Assembly: GCF_006345805.1 (NCBI RefSeq)
Contig: NW_021823847.1
Coordinates: 1-20,940, forward strand
Length of the DNA stretch: 20,940 bases
Reading direction: 5' to 3'
From: Octopus sinensis
Taxonomy: Eukaryota
The notes beneath the pieces were generated by a model, which saw only the letters and a list, made by a program, of their open reading frames with translations, did not search any database and was not told the DNA's origin. The first letter of the stretch is position 1. Each line of letters starts with the position of its first letter. The translations under genes and the position numbers were made by a program. Shown here piece after piece: positions 1 to 8,712 of this stretch.

Positions 1-117
1 TATATATCTATCTATATCTCTCTATCTCTCTCTCTATATATACATACATACATACACACAGACACAGACACAGACACACACAGACACACACACACAGACA
101 CACACACATACACACAA
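1..117. repeat. Compound microsatellite (TATC/TC/TA/CA)
   Basis: Direct reading of short tandem units. Confidence 0.9.
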
Positions 118-1907
118 CCCTGTGTATTAAGTTTTTATCCATTCAATTAGCTTGTGTTGCCGTTAAAATATAATGGTAAACAAAAGCAAATGGAAAAAAA
201 ACAAGAGAAAAATAAAAAGCAAAAAAAAAAGGGAAGTAAAAAAAAAAAGGAAAATACTTTCTCTAATAACGTTCTTTACGTACGTAACGCGAAAAGTCTC
301 TTAACAGCGGCTTTCTAAATGCTAAAAGCCTGATACTACAGACCTCTCGTATATGATGTCATAATAACAAAATTAGAAAATATCACTTGAAAATAAAACA
401 TTGTGGTTTATATATATATTGCTGAGATCTAGAGAGAGAATGCGGGGGAGAGGAGGAGAAGTGAATGAGCGAGAGAGGAAGAGAGGGAGAGAGAGAGAGA
501 AAGGGGCTATGTGCCCGGCTTTTAGATATTCCATTAAAATAGAACAGAACTATCAGGGAAAAAAATGGATGATCAAAACAAAAGAGAGAGAAAAAAAAGC
601 TAAGCTTCCGTGACCGTAGTTACGCATCATAAATAACGTTTGCGCCGCATTAATATGCTTTTCTGATGTAGAGTTTTGGTGGGAATATGGCGATTTCTAT
701 ACAAGTAAAGATTAATAAATAACAAGCTGTGTCACTTTTAATATAGTTGGTAATCATTGTTTAGTAATTCTTGATAAATGATTAATGGTAAGATGTGGGC
801 AGAATTTTTTGGTGGGTATTTATATTTTCTTCGTTATGTTGTTTAATTTTCTTTCATTTTTTTTAAAGCTTTTTTGTTTTCTTTTGGTAGGTGGGACATT
901 AATTTAAAGAAACCATTATATTGTGTTACCAGAAACATAATAACTGCGATATTTTAGCAAAATATTAATGTCTGCATACATGTTTAAGTAGCGAGAAGAT
1001 ACAGGGTGCAAACATGAGATACCTCGTCCTCCCTAAGTCCCTCCATCACACGCAAACACCACGGAACAAACACAAAAATGATAATAAAGATGGTTGCTAC
1101 AAGCGCAAGGCTACAAATTATAATCTCATCTTGTAATATGGGGGTTTGTATGCACACATAATTTAACTCAGTGCAGGACTTGACTACCTCATATTTTGTT
1201 TTATTGACCCAGGAAGAAGGTATTGTAAGATCGGACTCGATTGAATTTGAATTCATAACGTGAAGAGGCGTAATTAAATGCATATTGAGAGATGTAATTA
1301 AATATCACGAGTTAACAAATTTCATACCAACTGACTTTAACGTGTACAGGGAGAGCTACGTAGAGATCAAACTAAAGTATTTTGTCCCCCACTCTCGCAA
1401 TTAACTAAGTCTAGGATACAGCTTCGAGTTTTACCGTGCTTCTTCTACACGTGAGACCTCGTAGATTTGTAGATTGATCCATCATGTTTTTCTTGTGTCA
1501 TTGCATTTCGGAAAAAAAGATTAGAAGAACTAACGGAAATTGAGAATCAATGCGGTAAGCAGAAAATGGCTCTTCATACATGTGACACCGACATGTGAAA
1601 AGATACTATTACCAGGTGTATAGCACATGTAGGATGGAAGGGTCAGAACTGCATTCAGAATAATTGGACGGGTGTAGGGACGACAAAAGGTTATGTGTTG
1701 GATTCAGTTGAGGTGAAGAAAAACCTGAATATTTCTTCATAGTAAAAACACAACTCTGTTCTGGGAATAACATTAAACTGCATCTGATTGTGTGGACCCA
1801 GTTCGGGAGTTCTGGAGGTGTGGAGAGCGTGGAATCAACCCTTAATTACCTTTACCCGCAGATCCGTTCTGAACCGGAACTGTAGTGCTTGTCAGGTCAT
1901 ATCTGTA

Positions 1908-2121
1908 GGCGAGCTGGCAGACTCGTTAGCACGCCGGGCAAAATGCGTAGCCGTATTTCGTCTGCCGTTACGTTCTGAGTTCAAATTCCGCCGAGGTCGA
2001 CTTTGCCTTTCATCCTTTCGGGGTCGATAAATTAAGTACCAGTTACGCCCTGGAGTCGATGTAATCGACATAATCCGTTTGTCCCCTCTGTGTTTAGCCT
2101 CTTGTGGGCAGTAGTGAAATA
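1908..2121 (+). mobile_element. tRNA-derived SINE, family 1 (GGCGAGCTGGCAG head), with 13-bp target-site duplication
   Basis: A-box-like GGCGAGCTGGCAGACTCGTTAGC, B-box-like GAGTTCAAATTCC and central TTTCATCCTTTCGGGGTCGATAAATTAAGTACCAG. It is flanked by CATATCTGTAGGC at 1898-1910 and 2122-2134 and is homologous to copies at 6604, 12758, 16295 and 17058. Confidence 0.9.
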
Positions 2122-2134
2122 CATATCTGTAGGC

Positions 2135-2508
2135 TACATAGGATTTTTTGTAAGGGTAGATTCAGCGCCTTAGCTGCCGCGAAAGCAATCAATCGAGGAG
2201 AAGAAAAACCTTCCAAATCAACATCTGCCTTCAACCTGCCCTAAGCCAGTACAGAAGAGTATGGCAGATGAAACTAACATGATACTCTTTACTCTTTACT
2301 CTTTTACTTGTTTCAGTCATTTGACTGCGGCCATGCTGGAGCACCGCCTTTAGTCGAGCAAATCGACTCCGGGACTTATTCTTTGTAAGCCCAGTACTTA
2401 TTCTATCGGTCTCTTTTTGCCGAACCGCTAAGTGACGGGGACGTAAACACACCAGCATCGGTTGTCAAGCAATGCTAGGGGAACAAACACAGACACACAA
2501 ACACATAT

Positions 2509-2545
<37 letters not shown>

Positions 2546-2930
2546 TACGACAGGCTTCTTTCAGTTTCCGTCAAATCCACTCACAAGGCATTGGTCGGCC
2601 CGGGGCTAGAGCAGAAGACACTTGCCCAAGATGCCATGCAGTGGGACTGAACCCGGAACCATGTGGTTGGTTAGCAAGCTACTTACCACACAGCCACTCC
2701 TGCGCCTATATATGTCCAATCTTCATATATATCCAATAACATAGAATCATACTATGGATGCAACTATCGCTTGTTGGTGTGCACCATGCCGTAGGCGGAA
2801 ATAGACGGAAATGAACGATGAATGCTACCCTGAGTAAGAAAGGACAAAATTATAGCAGACAGCTGAAGGTGGTCACAGGATGGTATGAGATGCGCTGATG
2901 CGATGAGGAAAAGTAAAGATAATGACATAT
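2135..2930 (-). pseudogene. Probable decayed DIRS-type tyrosine recombinase fragment, split by the SINE at 2283-2707
   Basis: Minus-strand pieces occur in the order expected for DIRS YR motifs: LSLLFLIASAH (catalytic-R box region), L(H)P..Y..WT (cf. LCPVxxLxxYxxRT), then TLLYWLR..LKADVDLEGFSSPR..AAAKALNLPLQKIL (cf. SRW..L..AG.D...FSxHSxR..S.A....P...IL). Stops and frameshifts are present. Recognised by eye only. Confidence 0.4.
2283..2707 (-). mobile_element. tRNA-derived SINE, family 3 (GGCGCAGGAGTGGCTGTG head), full length
   Basis: Reverse-complement homologue of 13492-13887, with an internal CA/TA microsatellite and a (TAAAGAG)n-type tail at 2283-2306. Confidence 0.9.
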
Positions 2931-3586
2931 CTCTTAATTGCTTCAATCATGAGACTGTGGCCAAGCTGGAGCATGGCCTGGAAGAATTTGTAGTCGAAGG
3001 AATCGATCTCAATACTTATTCTATCGTTCCCTTTTGCCGAACTGCTAGGTTACAGTGACATAAACACATCAATTGTGAAACGTATATATATATATATATA
3101 TATCTTTGGAGGCGCAATGGCCCAGTGGTTAGGCAGCAGACTCGCGGTTGTACGATGGCGGTTTCGATTCCCAGACCGGGCGATGTGAGTGTTTATTGAG
3201 CGAAAACATCTAAAGCTCCACGATGCTCAGGCAGGGGGCGGTGGCGATCCCTGCTGTACTCTTTCGCCGCAACTTTCTCTCACGCTTTCTTCTGTTGGCC
3301 TGCTCGCTTAGCCAGCGGGGTGGCGTCATTTGAAGGTTAAAACATTGCGAAGCGCATTGTCACTAGCGAGGTACAGCAACAATTGATAGCCTGGTCGGTC
3401 ACTGTGATCACGGTGATATATATATATACATACGATGGCCTTCTTTCAGTTTCCATCTACAAAAAATCATTTGGTCGGCCTGCAGCTAATGTAGAAGACA
3501 CTTGCCCAAGGTGCCATGCAGTGGGACTGAAACCAGAACCATGTGGTTGAGAAGCAAACAGCTAATTACACAGTCACCCCTGGGCA
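2930..3586 (-). mobile_element. Older family-3 SINE interrupted at its internal TA tract by a family-2 SINE
   Basis: 3431-3586 matches the 5' half and 2930-3082 the 3' half of the 2283-2707 element. The halves are separated by TA tracts and the plus-strand SINE at 3108-3416. Confidence 0.8.
3108..3416 (+). mobile_element. tRNA-derived SINE, family 2 (GGCGCAATGGCCCAGTGGTTAG head)
   Basis: tRNA-like head with GGTTTCGATTCC B-box. The 5' ~190 bp is homologous to 16668-16860. Flanked by TA tracts. Confidence 0.85.
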
Positions 3587-3659
3587 TATCATATTTGTGA
3601 GTGTGCGTGTGTGAGCAAACATACCTACACACAGGTATAAACATACTTCTACACACAAA

Positions 3660-3755
3660 TATAAACACACACACAAACGTGTATATGGGTGTATCTGTGT
3701 TCGTGTGTGTATGTGCGTGTGCGCGTGTGTGTTTGTGTGTGTGTGTGTGTGTGTG
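3660..3755. repeat. CA/GT compound microsatellite
   Basis: Direct reading. Confidence 0.85.
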
Positions 3756-4314
3756 AGGATGTCTCTTGATGTAAATTTGCTCATAAATATTTCAGACTCA
3801 ATTCTGAAGGTTAAAATTATCTGCCCTTGCTAACGAGATACAAAACTTTAAACGAGTCAAGTTTCGACCGTCACGAACTCAACCAGACACCGGCGTATCT
3901 ATCTGCATACGTCTCTCTATATGAGTAACCGTGTGCTCGCGTGTGTATGTATGTGTGTGTTTATATACTTGTGTGTGTGGCGACTGTAAACAAATGTCCG
4001 TCGTTGTAACTTCCCTCGTAAATCCTGTAGATTTGAATATTTATAGAACTGGAGACATTAAAGGTTGAAAATATGAATTTTAAAAGTACATATTCGTACA
4101 CACACACACTCACACATACACACACACAGTAACACAAACACACACACATAAGTGAGTGTGTATGGGCATGTAGGTGTCTTCGCATATATTTATGCGTATG
4201 TAAACGTATATATATACACACACACATAAACGTTTATATATATATATGTGTGTGTGTGTATTTATATATGTATGTATATAGATATATAAATGTACATGAT
4301 GCATACTTAACTAC

Positions 4315-4477
4315 ACATGCGCATTAGCACAAGCACACATGCGCATATGACCGAAGGTGGAAGTGATATACGATGATACATACACACACACACACATGTA
4401 TGTATGTATGTAGTATGTATCACCATGTATTACTTCCACCTTCGGTCATATGCGCATGTGTGCATGTGCTTATGCGC

Positions 4478-4482
<5 letters not shown>
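4315..4482. repeat. Foldback / MITE-like inverted repeat (~70-bp arms)
   Basis: Perfect 32-bp inverted repeat GCACACATGCGCATATGACCGAAGGTGGAAGT (4333-4364) versus 4432-4463, extended by imperfect pairing to ~4315-4383 / 4413-4482. The spacer is CA/TATG microsatellite. Confidence 0.85.
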
Positions 4483-4508
<26 letters not shown>

Positions 4509-4536
4509 CAAAATAAGCAAGAAGAATGATTCCGGT

Positions 4537-4625
4537 AATTTAGTACAATTGTTTCATACTACATTTTATTAAAAGCTGTATATATTACAGCAGATTTAAG
4601 ATGCTGAGTACTCCTCAGCTAATTT
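4537..4625 (-). ncRNA. Type I hammerhead ribozyme motif (PLE/retrozyme-like, palindromic stem III)
   Basis: Minus strand: stem I AAAUUAG (4625-4619), core CUGAGGA (4618-4612), stem II GUACU...AGUAU, GAAA (4555-4552), stem III CAAUUG, UA, then CUAAAUU (4543-4537; 6 of 7 pairs with the 5' strand). Predicted cleavage is after GUA, between 4544 and 4543. Confidence 0.7.
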
Positions 4626-4879
4626 ATATAGGTTTTCCAATAATATAAAAGCTTTCAAATCAAGTAATAACATTTTAGGGAAGGTAAATATACAGATAAA
4701 GATGATATAAATTTTAGGAACATATGAGGTTTTGTGTGGTTCAGATGCTAACTGACCAAAACTCTGCTTGTAACTGACTGCTATAAGACATTTCTTTAGT
4801 TTTAGGGATTAGGGTAAGGGAAGGCAAGGAATTCAAGTTAGTCGTAGAAAGAGGAGGAATTCAGAATACATAAAGGAAA

Positions 4880-5333
4880 TTCAGGTTGTCACTAGAACTT
4901 TCCCTGTCTCAAAAATTTGTCCTACGAAGAAAGGCTGAGGACGCTCGACCTTTATTCTCTTGAAAAACGCCGCCGCCGTGGTGATCTCATTCTCGCCCAC
5001 AACATCATAAGCGGAAAGTGTAACCTCTCGAAAGAGCTGTTCTTCACTCCTGCTCCAGAGCGTCGGCTGCGGGGTCATTCCGAAAAGCTCTACCTGCGAC
5101 GATTTCATCTCAATCGAAGGAGAGGAGCTTTCTCCGTCCGGGTTGCGGATCCGTGGAACAAGCTGCCAGACGAGATGGTGAAGATGTCGACGACCGCTTT
5201 GTTCAAAGCCTCCCTTGACCTCAAGTGGCCTGAACTATTTACATGAACACCACCCTGTACTTAACTCCATGTCCCCCTACATGGCCTTGCTATTTGCTTT
5301 TGAGCCAAATTAACTAACTAACTAACTAACTAA
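4880..5333 (+). mobile_element. 5'-truncated CR1-clade LINE (ORF2 C-terminus, 3' UTR, (TAAC)n tail)
   Basis: ORF 4917-5246 reads LSYEERLRTLDLYSLEKRRRRGDLI...RGHSEKL...FSVRVADPWNKLP...FK, the typical CR1 RT C-terminus. 3' UTR hairpin CCATGT-ccccct-ACATGG at 5267-5284 and (TAAC)5 at 5311-5330. Confidence 0.9.
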
Positions 5334-5433
5334 TCTAATTTTAAAATTTAATGCTATTCCCCCAGTTATAAAATACGATACCTACTAAAAATTAAGTGAT
5401 AGTTTTGTTTCCCTTACTCTTTATATATATACT

Positions 5434-5525
5434 CGTGGCAATTCATCGGTCAATGGAACAGCCTGCTCGTGAAATTAACTTGCAAGTGGCTGTGTGCACT
5501 TGAACCTTTAACGCGTACCCTTAAG
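5434..5525 (-). mobile_element. 3' fragment of the SINE type seen at 16668-17047
   Basis: GGAACAGCCTGCTCGTGAAATTAAC is the reverse complement of GTTAATTTCACGAGCAGGCTGTTCC near 16972-16997. Confidence 0.75.
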
Positions 5526-5529
5526 GTGG

Positions 5530-5870
5530 ACGTTCTACCCCTCCTTAGGAAAAGTTGTTGCATAGGGTTACCATGCGTTTTGGGGCGTGATTCTAATTGA
5601 TATTGGCTGTATGTAATGAAAACGCATAGTGTAATTAGCATCTGACGTGTATGGATGGATCTCGATATAGTGGTGGTGGTGTTGACAGTAATAGTTGAGG
5701 CGGTGTACTGAAGTGGAGAAGGGGATGGTGTGGAGAGGTTCCAGTGCAGTGTGGTCCGGAATGTGATGGACTGGTATTGTGTTTGTCTGCCCTTGTAATA
5801 TGCGAAGATAGCGTTTTTGTGTAGTAGATGGCGCTGCTTTATGCCATGAAGCAACGCCACTGTGTAATGG
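5530..5870 (-). mobile_element. Degenerate 3' ORF remnant of a second CR1/L2-group LINE
   Basis: Minus frame QKRYLRIL...ALEPLH...LNYYC...HPY...HYIQ...AW*P..TFP follows the pattern QRRAxRxI...LxPLxHRR...YRYY...HPY...QYxxSF...LWNSLP..FP. Heavily mutated. Confidence 0.45.
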
Positions 5871-5979
5871 AAAAGGGAAGCATGGAAGGAAAAACCGGAA
5901 GTAGAAAATTAAAGAATGAGGGAAAGAAGGGAATAAAAGGCAAGCAAAACGAGGTCGACAAAATAAGAAGCAGTAAAGG

Positions 5980-5980
<1 letters not shown>

Positions 5981-6036
<56 letters not shown>

Positions 6037-6058
6037 GTTGTTGTTGTTGTTGTTATTA

Positions 6059-6090
<32 letters not shown>

Positions 6091-6420
6091 GTTGTTGTTG
6101 TTATTATCATTATTATTATTGTTGTTGTTGTTGTTGTTATTATTATTATTATCATTATTATTATTATTATTATTATTGTTATTATTATTATTATTGTTAT
6201 TATTATTATCATTATTATTATTATTATTATTATTATTGTTGTTGTTGTTGTTGTTATTATTATTGTTATTATTATTATTATTGTTATTATTATCATTATT
6301 ATTATTATATTATTTTATTATTATTTAGTATTATTATTATTATTATTACTATTATTATTATTGTTGTTGTGTTGTTGTTTCTTCTTCTTATTGTTATTAT
6401 TATTATCATTATTATTATTA
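5981..6420. repeat. (ATT)n/(GTT)n trinucleotide array
   Basis: Direct reading. It explains the poly-I/L/T ORFs. Confidence 0.95.
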
Positions 6421-6600
6421 AGCTGCAAGAATCGCTAGCACGCCGGACGAAATGTTTAGTACCAATTTCGTCTGTCTTAACGTTAATGTTCTGAGTTCAA
6501 ATTCTTTCGGGGTCGATGAATTAAGTACCAGCGAAACACTGTGGTGGATATAATTGCTATTCCCCTCCACCAAATTTCAGGCCTTGTGCCTATAATAAAA
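6421..6600 (+). mobile_element. Degenerate, internally deleted family-1 SINE (AGGCCTTGTG tail variant)
   Basis: GCTAGCACGCCGGACGAAATG, GAGTTCAAATTC, TTTCGGGGTCGATGAATTAAGTACCAG and tail AAATTTCAGGCCTTGTGCC. Confidence 0.75.
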
Positions 6601-6603
6601 ATA

Positions 6604-6813
6604 GGCGGCGACCTGGCAGAAACGTTAGCACGCCGGACGAAATGCTTGGCGGTATTTCGTCTGCCGTTACGTCTGAGTTCAAATTCCCCCGAGGCTGACT
6701 TTGCCTTTCATCTTTTCGGGATCGATACATTAAGTGCCAGTTACGCACTGGGGTCAATATAATCGACTTAATACCTTCCCCCAAATTTGAGGCCTTGTGC
6801 TTCCAGTAGAAAG
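6604..6813 (+). mobile_element. Family-1 SINE (AGGCCTTGTG tail variant)
   Basis: Full head GGCGGCGACCTGGCAGAAACGTTAGC, central block and tail AAATTTGAGGCCTTGTGCTTCCAGTAGAAAG. Confidence 0.9.
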
Positions 6814-6816
6814 GTT

Positions 6817-7455
6817 TATCATCATCATTATTATTCATATCTTTTTTTCCTTCTTTCTTCAAGTTTTCTTCCATTTCGCGCCGGGTGTTTTCCGTACACC
6901 TAGGGCAGAGAAGCTCATTGTATGCATTCCCAGATTACACACGCAAATTCAGAGGTAAAATATGTATTTAAAAAATTTATAAATAAATAAATTCATGAAT
7001 GGATGTTATTTTCACAGCGATAATGCTCTGCTCAGTACATGAGTCGTTCCAGTTAACATGATTTTTTGCACTTCCTGTAGGGATCGTAAGCCTGGTTTCA
7101 TTTTCAAATAGGTTTCAGTACTTTTTTTATCATTCCTAGAGATCCTACAATCACTGGCACCGTACTTGCCTTGAGATGCCACATTTTTTCAATTTCTATT
7201 AGTAAGTCTTTATATTTCCTGATCTTGTAAAATTCTTTCGCCGCTATATTGTGATCACAGGGAATACTCATGTCAATTAATAAACACACCTTTTTTGTCT
7301 GATCTTTTATAATACTATCCGGTTTATTTGCTTTTATAGTTTTGTCGGTATGCATGGGGAAATCCCATAGAATCGACACATTTTCTCCCTGGGTCACAGC
7401 TTCAGGATGGTGTTTATACCATTTGTCAGCGGTTTTGATTTTATGATGCCGACAT
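6817..7455 (-). mobile_element. 5'-truncated R4/Dong-like non-LTR retrotransposon (restriction-like endonuclease domain plus 3' UTR) in ATT-type microsatellite
   Basis: ICRHHKIKTADKWYKHHPEAV...ILWDFPMHTDKTIKANKPDSIIKDQ..CLLIDMSIPCD..KYKDL..EIEKMW..VPVIVGSLG, continuing after a frameshift as SLQEVQKIMLTGTTHVLSRALSL* (stop 7012-7014). This is a PD-(D/E)xK RLE signature. Flanked by (TAA)n at the 5' end and AAT/GAT repeats at the 3' end. Confidence 0.85.
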
Positions 7456-7471
7456 ATTATCATTATTATCA

Positions 7472-7540
<69 letters not shown>

Positions 7541-7849
7541 TAACAGTAGTAGTAGTAGTAGTAGTAGTAATAGTAGAAGTAGTAGTAGTAGTAATAGTAG
7601 AGTGGTGGTAGTAGCGGTGATGGTTGTAGTTATAGTAATGGTAGTAGTAGTAGTGGTTGATATTGTAGAGGAAGTAGCACCACAGTGGTGGCGGGGATGT
7701 GGCGCATTCTGGGAACTTTGTAGCAGTAGTAGTAGTAGTTGTTGTTGTTGTTGTTGTAGTGGCAGTTCTAGTACTAGTAGTGATAGGGGGCAATTACTGC
7801 TTAGGATTCTGGGAATTTGTAGTAGTAGTAGTAGTAGTAGTAGTAATGA

Positions 7850-7882
<33 letters not shown>

Positions 7883-7960
7883 GAGTAGTAGTAATGATAG
7901 AGTAGTAGTAGTAGTAATAGTAGTAGTAGTAGTAATGATTGAGTAGTAGTAGTAATGATA

Positions 7961-7992
<32 letters not shown>

Positions 7993-8060
7993 ATGATAGA
8001 GTAGTAGTAGTAGTAGTAGTAGTAATGATAGAGTAGTAGTAGTAGTAGTAGTAGTAGTAG
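7456..8060. repeat. (TAT)n followed by (TAG)n arrays, with higher-order AGTAATGATAG units and short non-repeat inserts
   Basis: Direct reading. Confidence 0.9.
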
Positions 8061-8349
8061 AGGAGAAGACGGTCGTTTTGATGGTGTGGCGAGGAAATTG
8101 CTGCTTTGGATTTTGTGAATTTCTAAGGTATCAGGCGGATCTTGAAGTGGAGTTGGAAACGGAGCAGGTTTGGGATTGCCATGGCTGAGGTGGAGGAAAC
8201 GATAGAAGTTTGCGAAGGGGAAAGAACAACACACACACACACACACACGAAACCGACCTTTGGAAGGAGCAGGAAGGAATTTGTAAAATAAAGAGGCTTT
8301 TTGATTATTTGAAGTGGACGATTACTATTTGAAGTGGAAGTCATACAAC

Positions 8350-8712
8350 CCGCCCCACACATACATAGAACACACATACATAGAACATACACACATACAT
8401 AGAACATACATACATACATAAACAATTATATATATATATATGCATATATATATACATATATATGCATATATATACATACATATATATATATATGTATATG
8501 TATATATATATGTATGTATGTATATATATATATATATATATATAATACACATACATATATATATATACACGTACAAAACGCACCTCCAAACATACTTTTC
8601 TCTCGCACGCTCATACAATTCATATATGTTTGTGTGTCTATAACACACACACACATTCATACACACAAACACACACATGCATATATATATATGTATATAT
8701 ATATATAAATAT
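8350..8712. repeat. TA/CATA/CA compound microsatellite
   Basis: Direct reading. Confidence 0.9.

Noticed and set aside
1788-2030. ORF containing GELADSLARRAKC (similar text at 6541-6762)
   Set aside because: Translation of family-1 SINE sequence.
3108-3185. tRNA-like heads as real tRNA genes
   Set aside because: They have A/B boxes but no clean cloverleaf, and they continue into multicopy SINE bodies.
4800-4815. TTTAGGGATTAGGG as telomeric repeat
   Set aside because: Only two imperfect units; not an array.
4935-4970. CUGAGGA...GAAA in the CR1 ORF (and CUGAAGA at 18438-18444)
   Set aside because: No stem II closing pairs or stem I complementarity; chance core matches.
5568-6328. Long ORFs of 166-242 aa rich in I/L/T
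   Set aside because: They are stop-free frames of (ATT)n/(GTT)n arrays. Only the unique tail is informative (LINE remnant).
7407-8246. Poly-Y/S/V/T ORFs
   Set aside because: Produced by (TAT)n and (TAG)n arrays.
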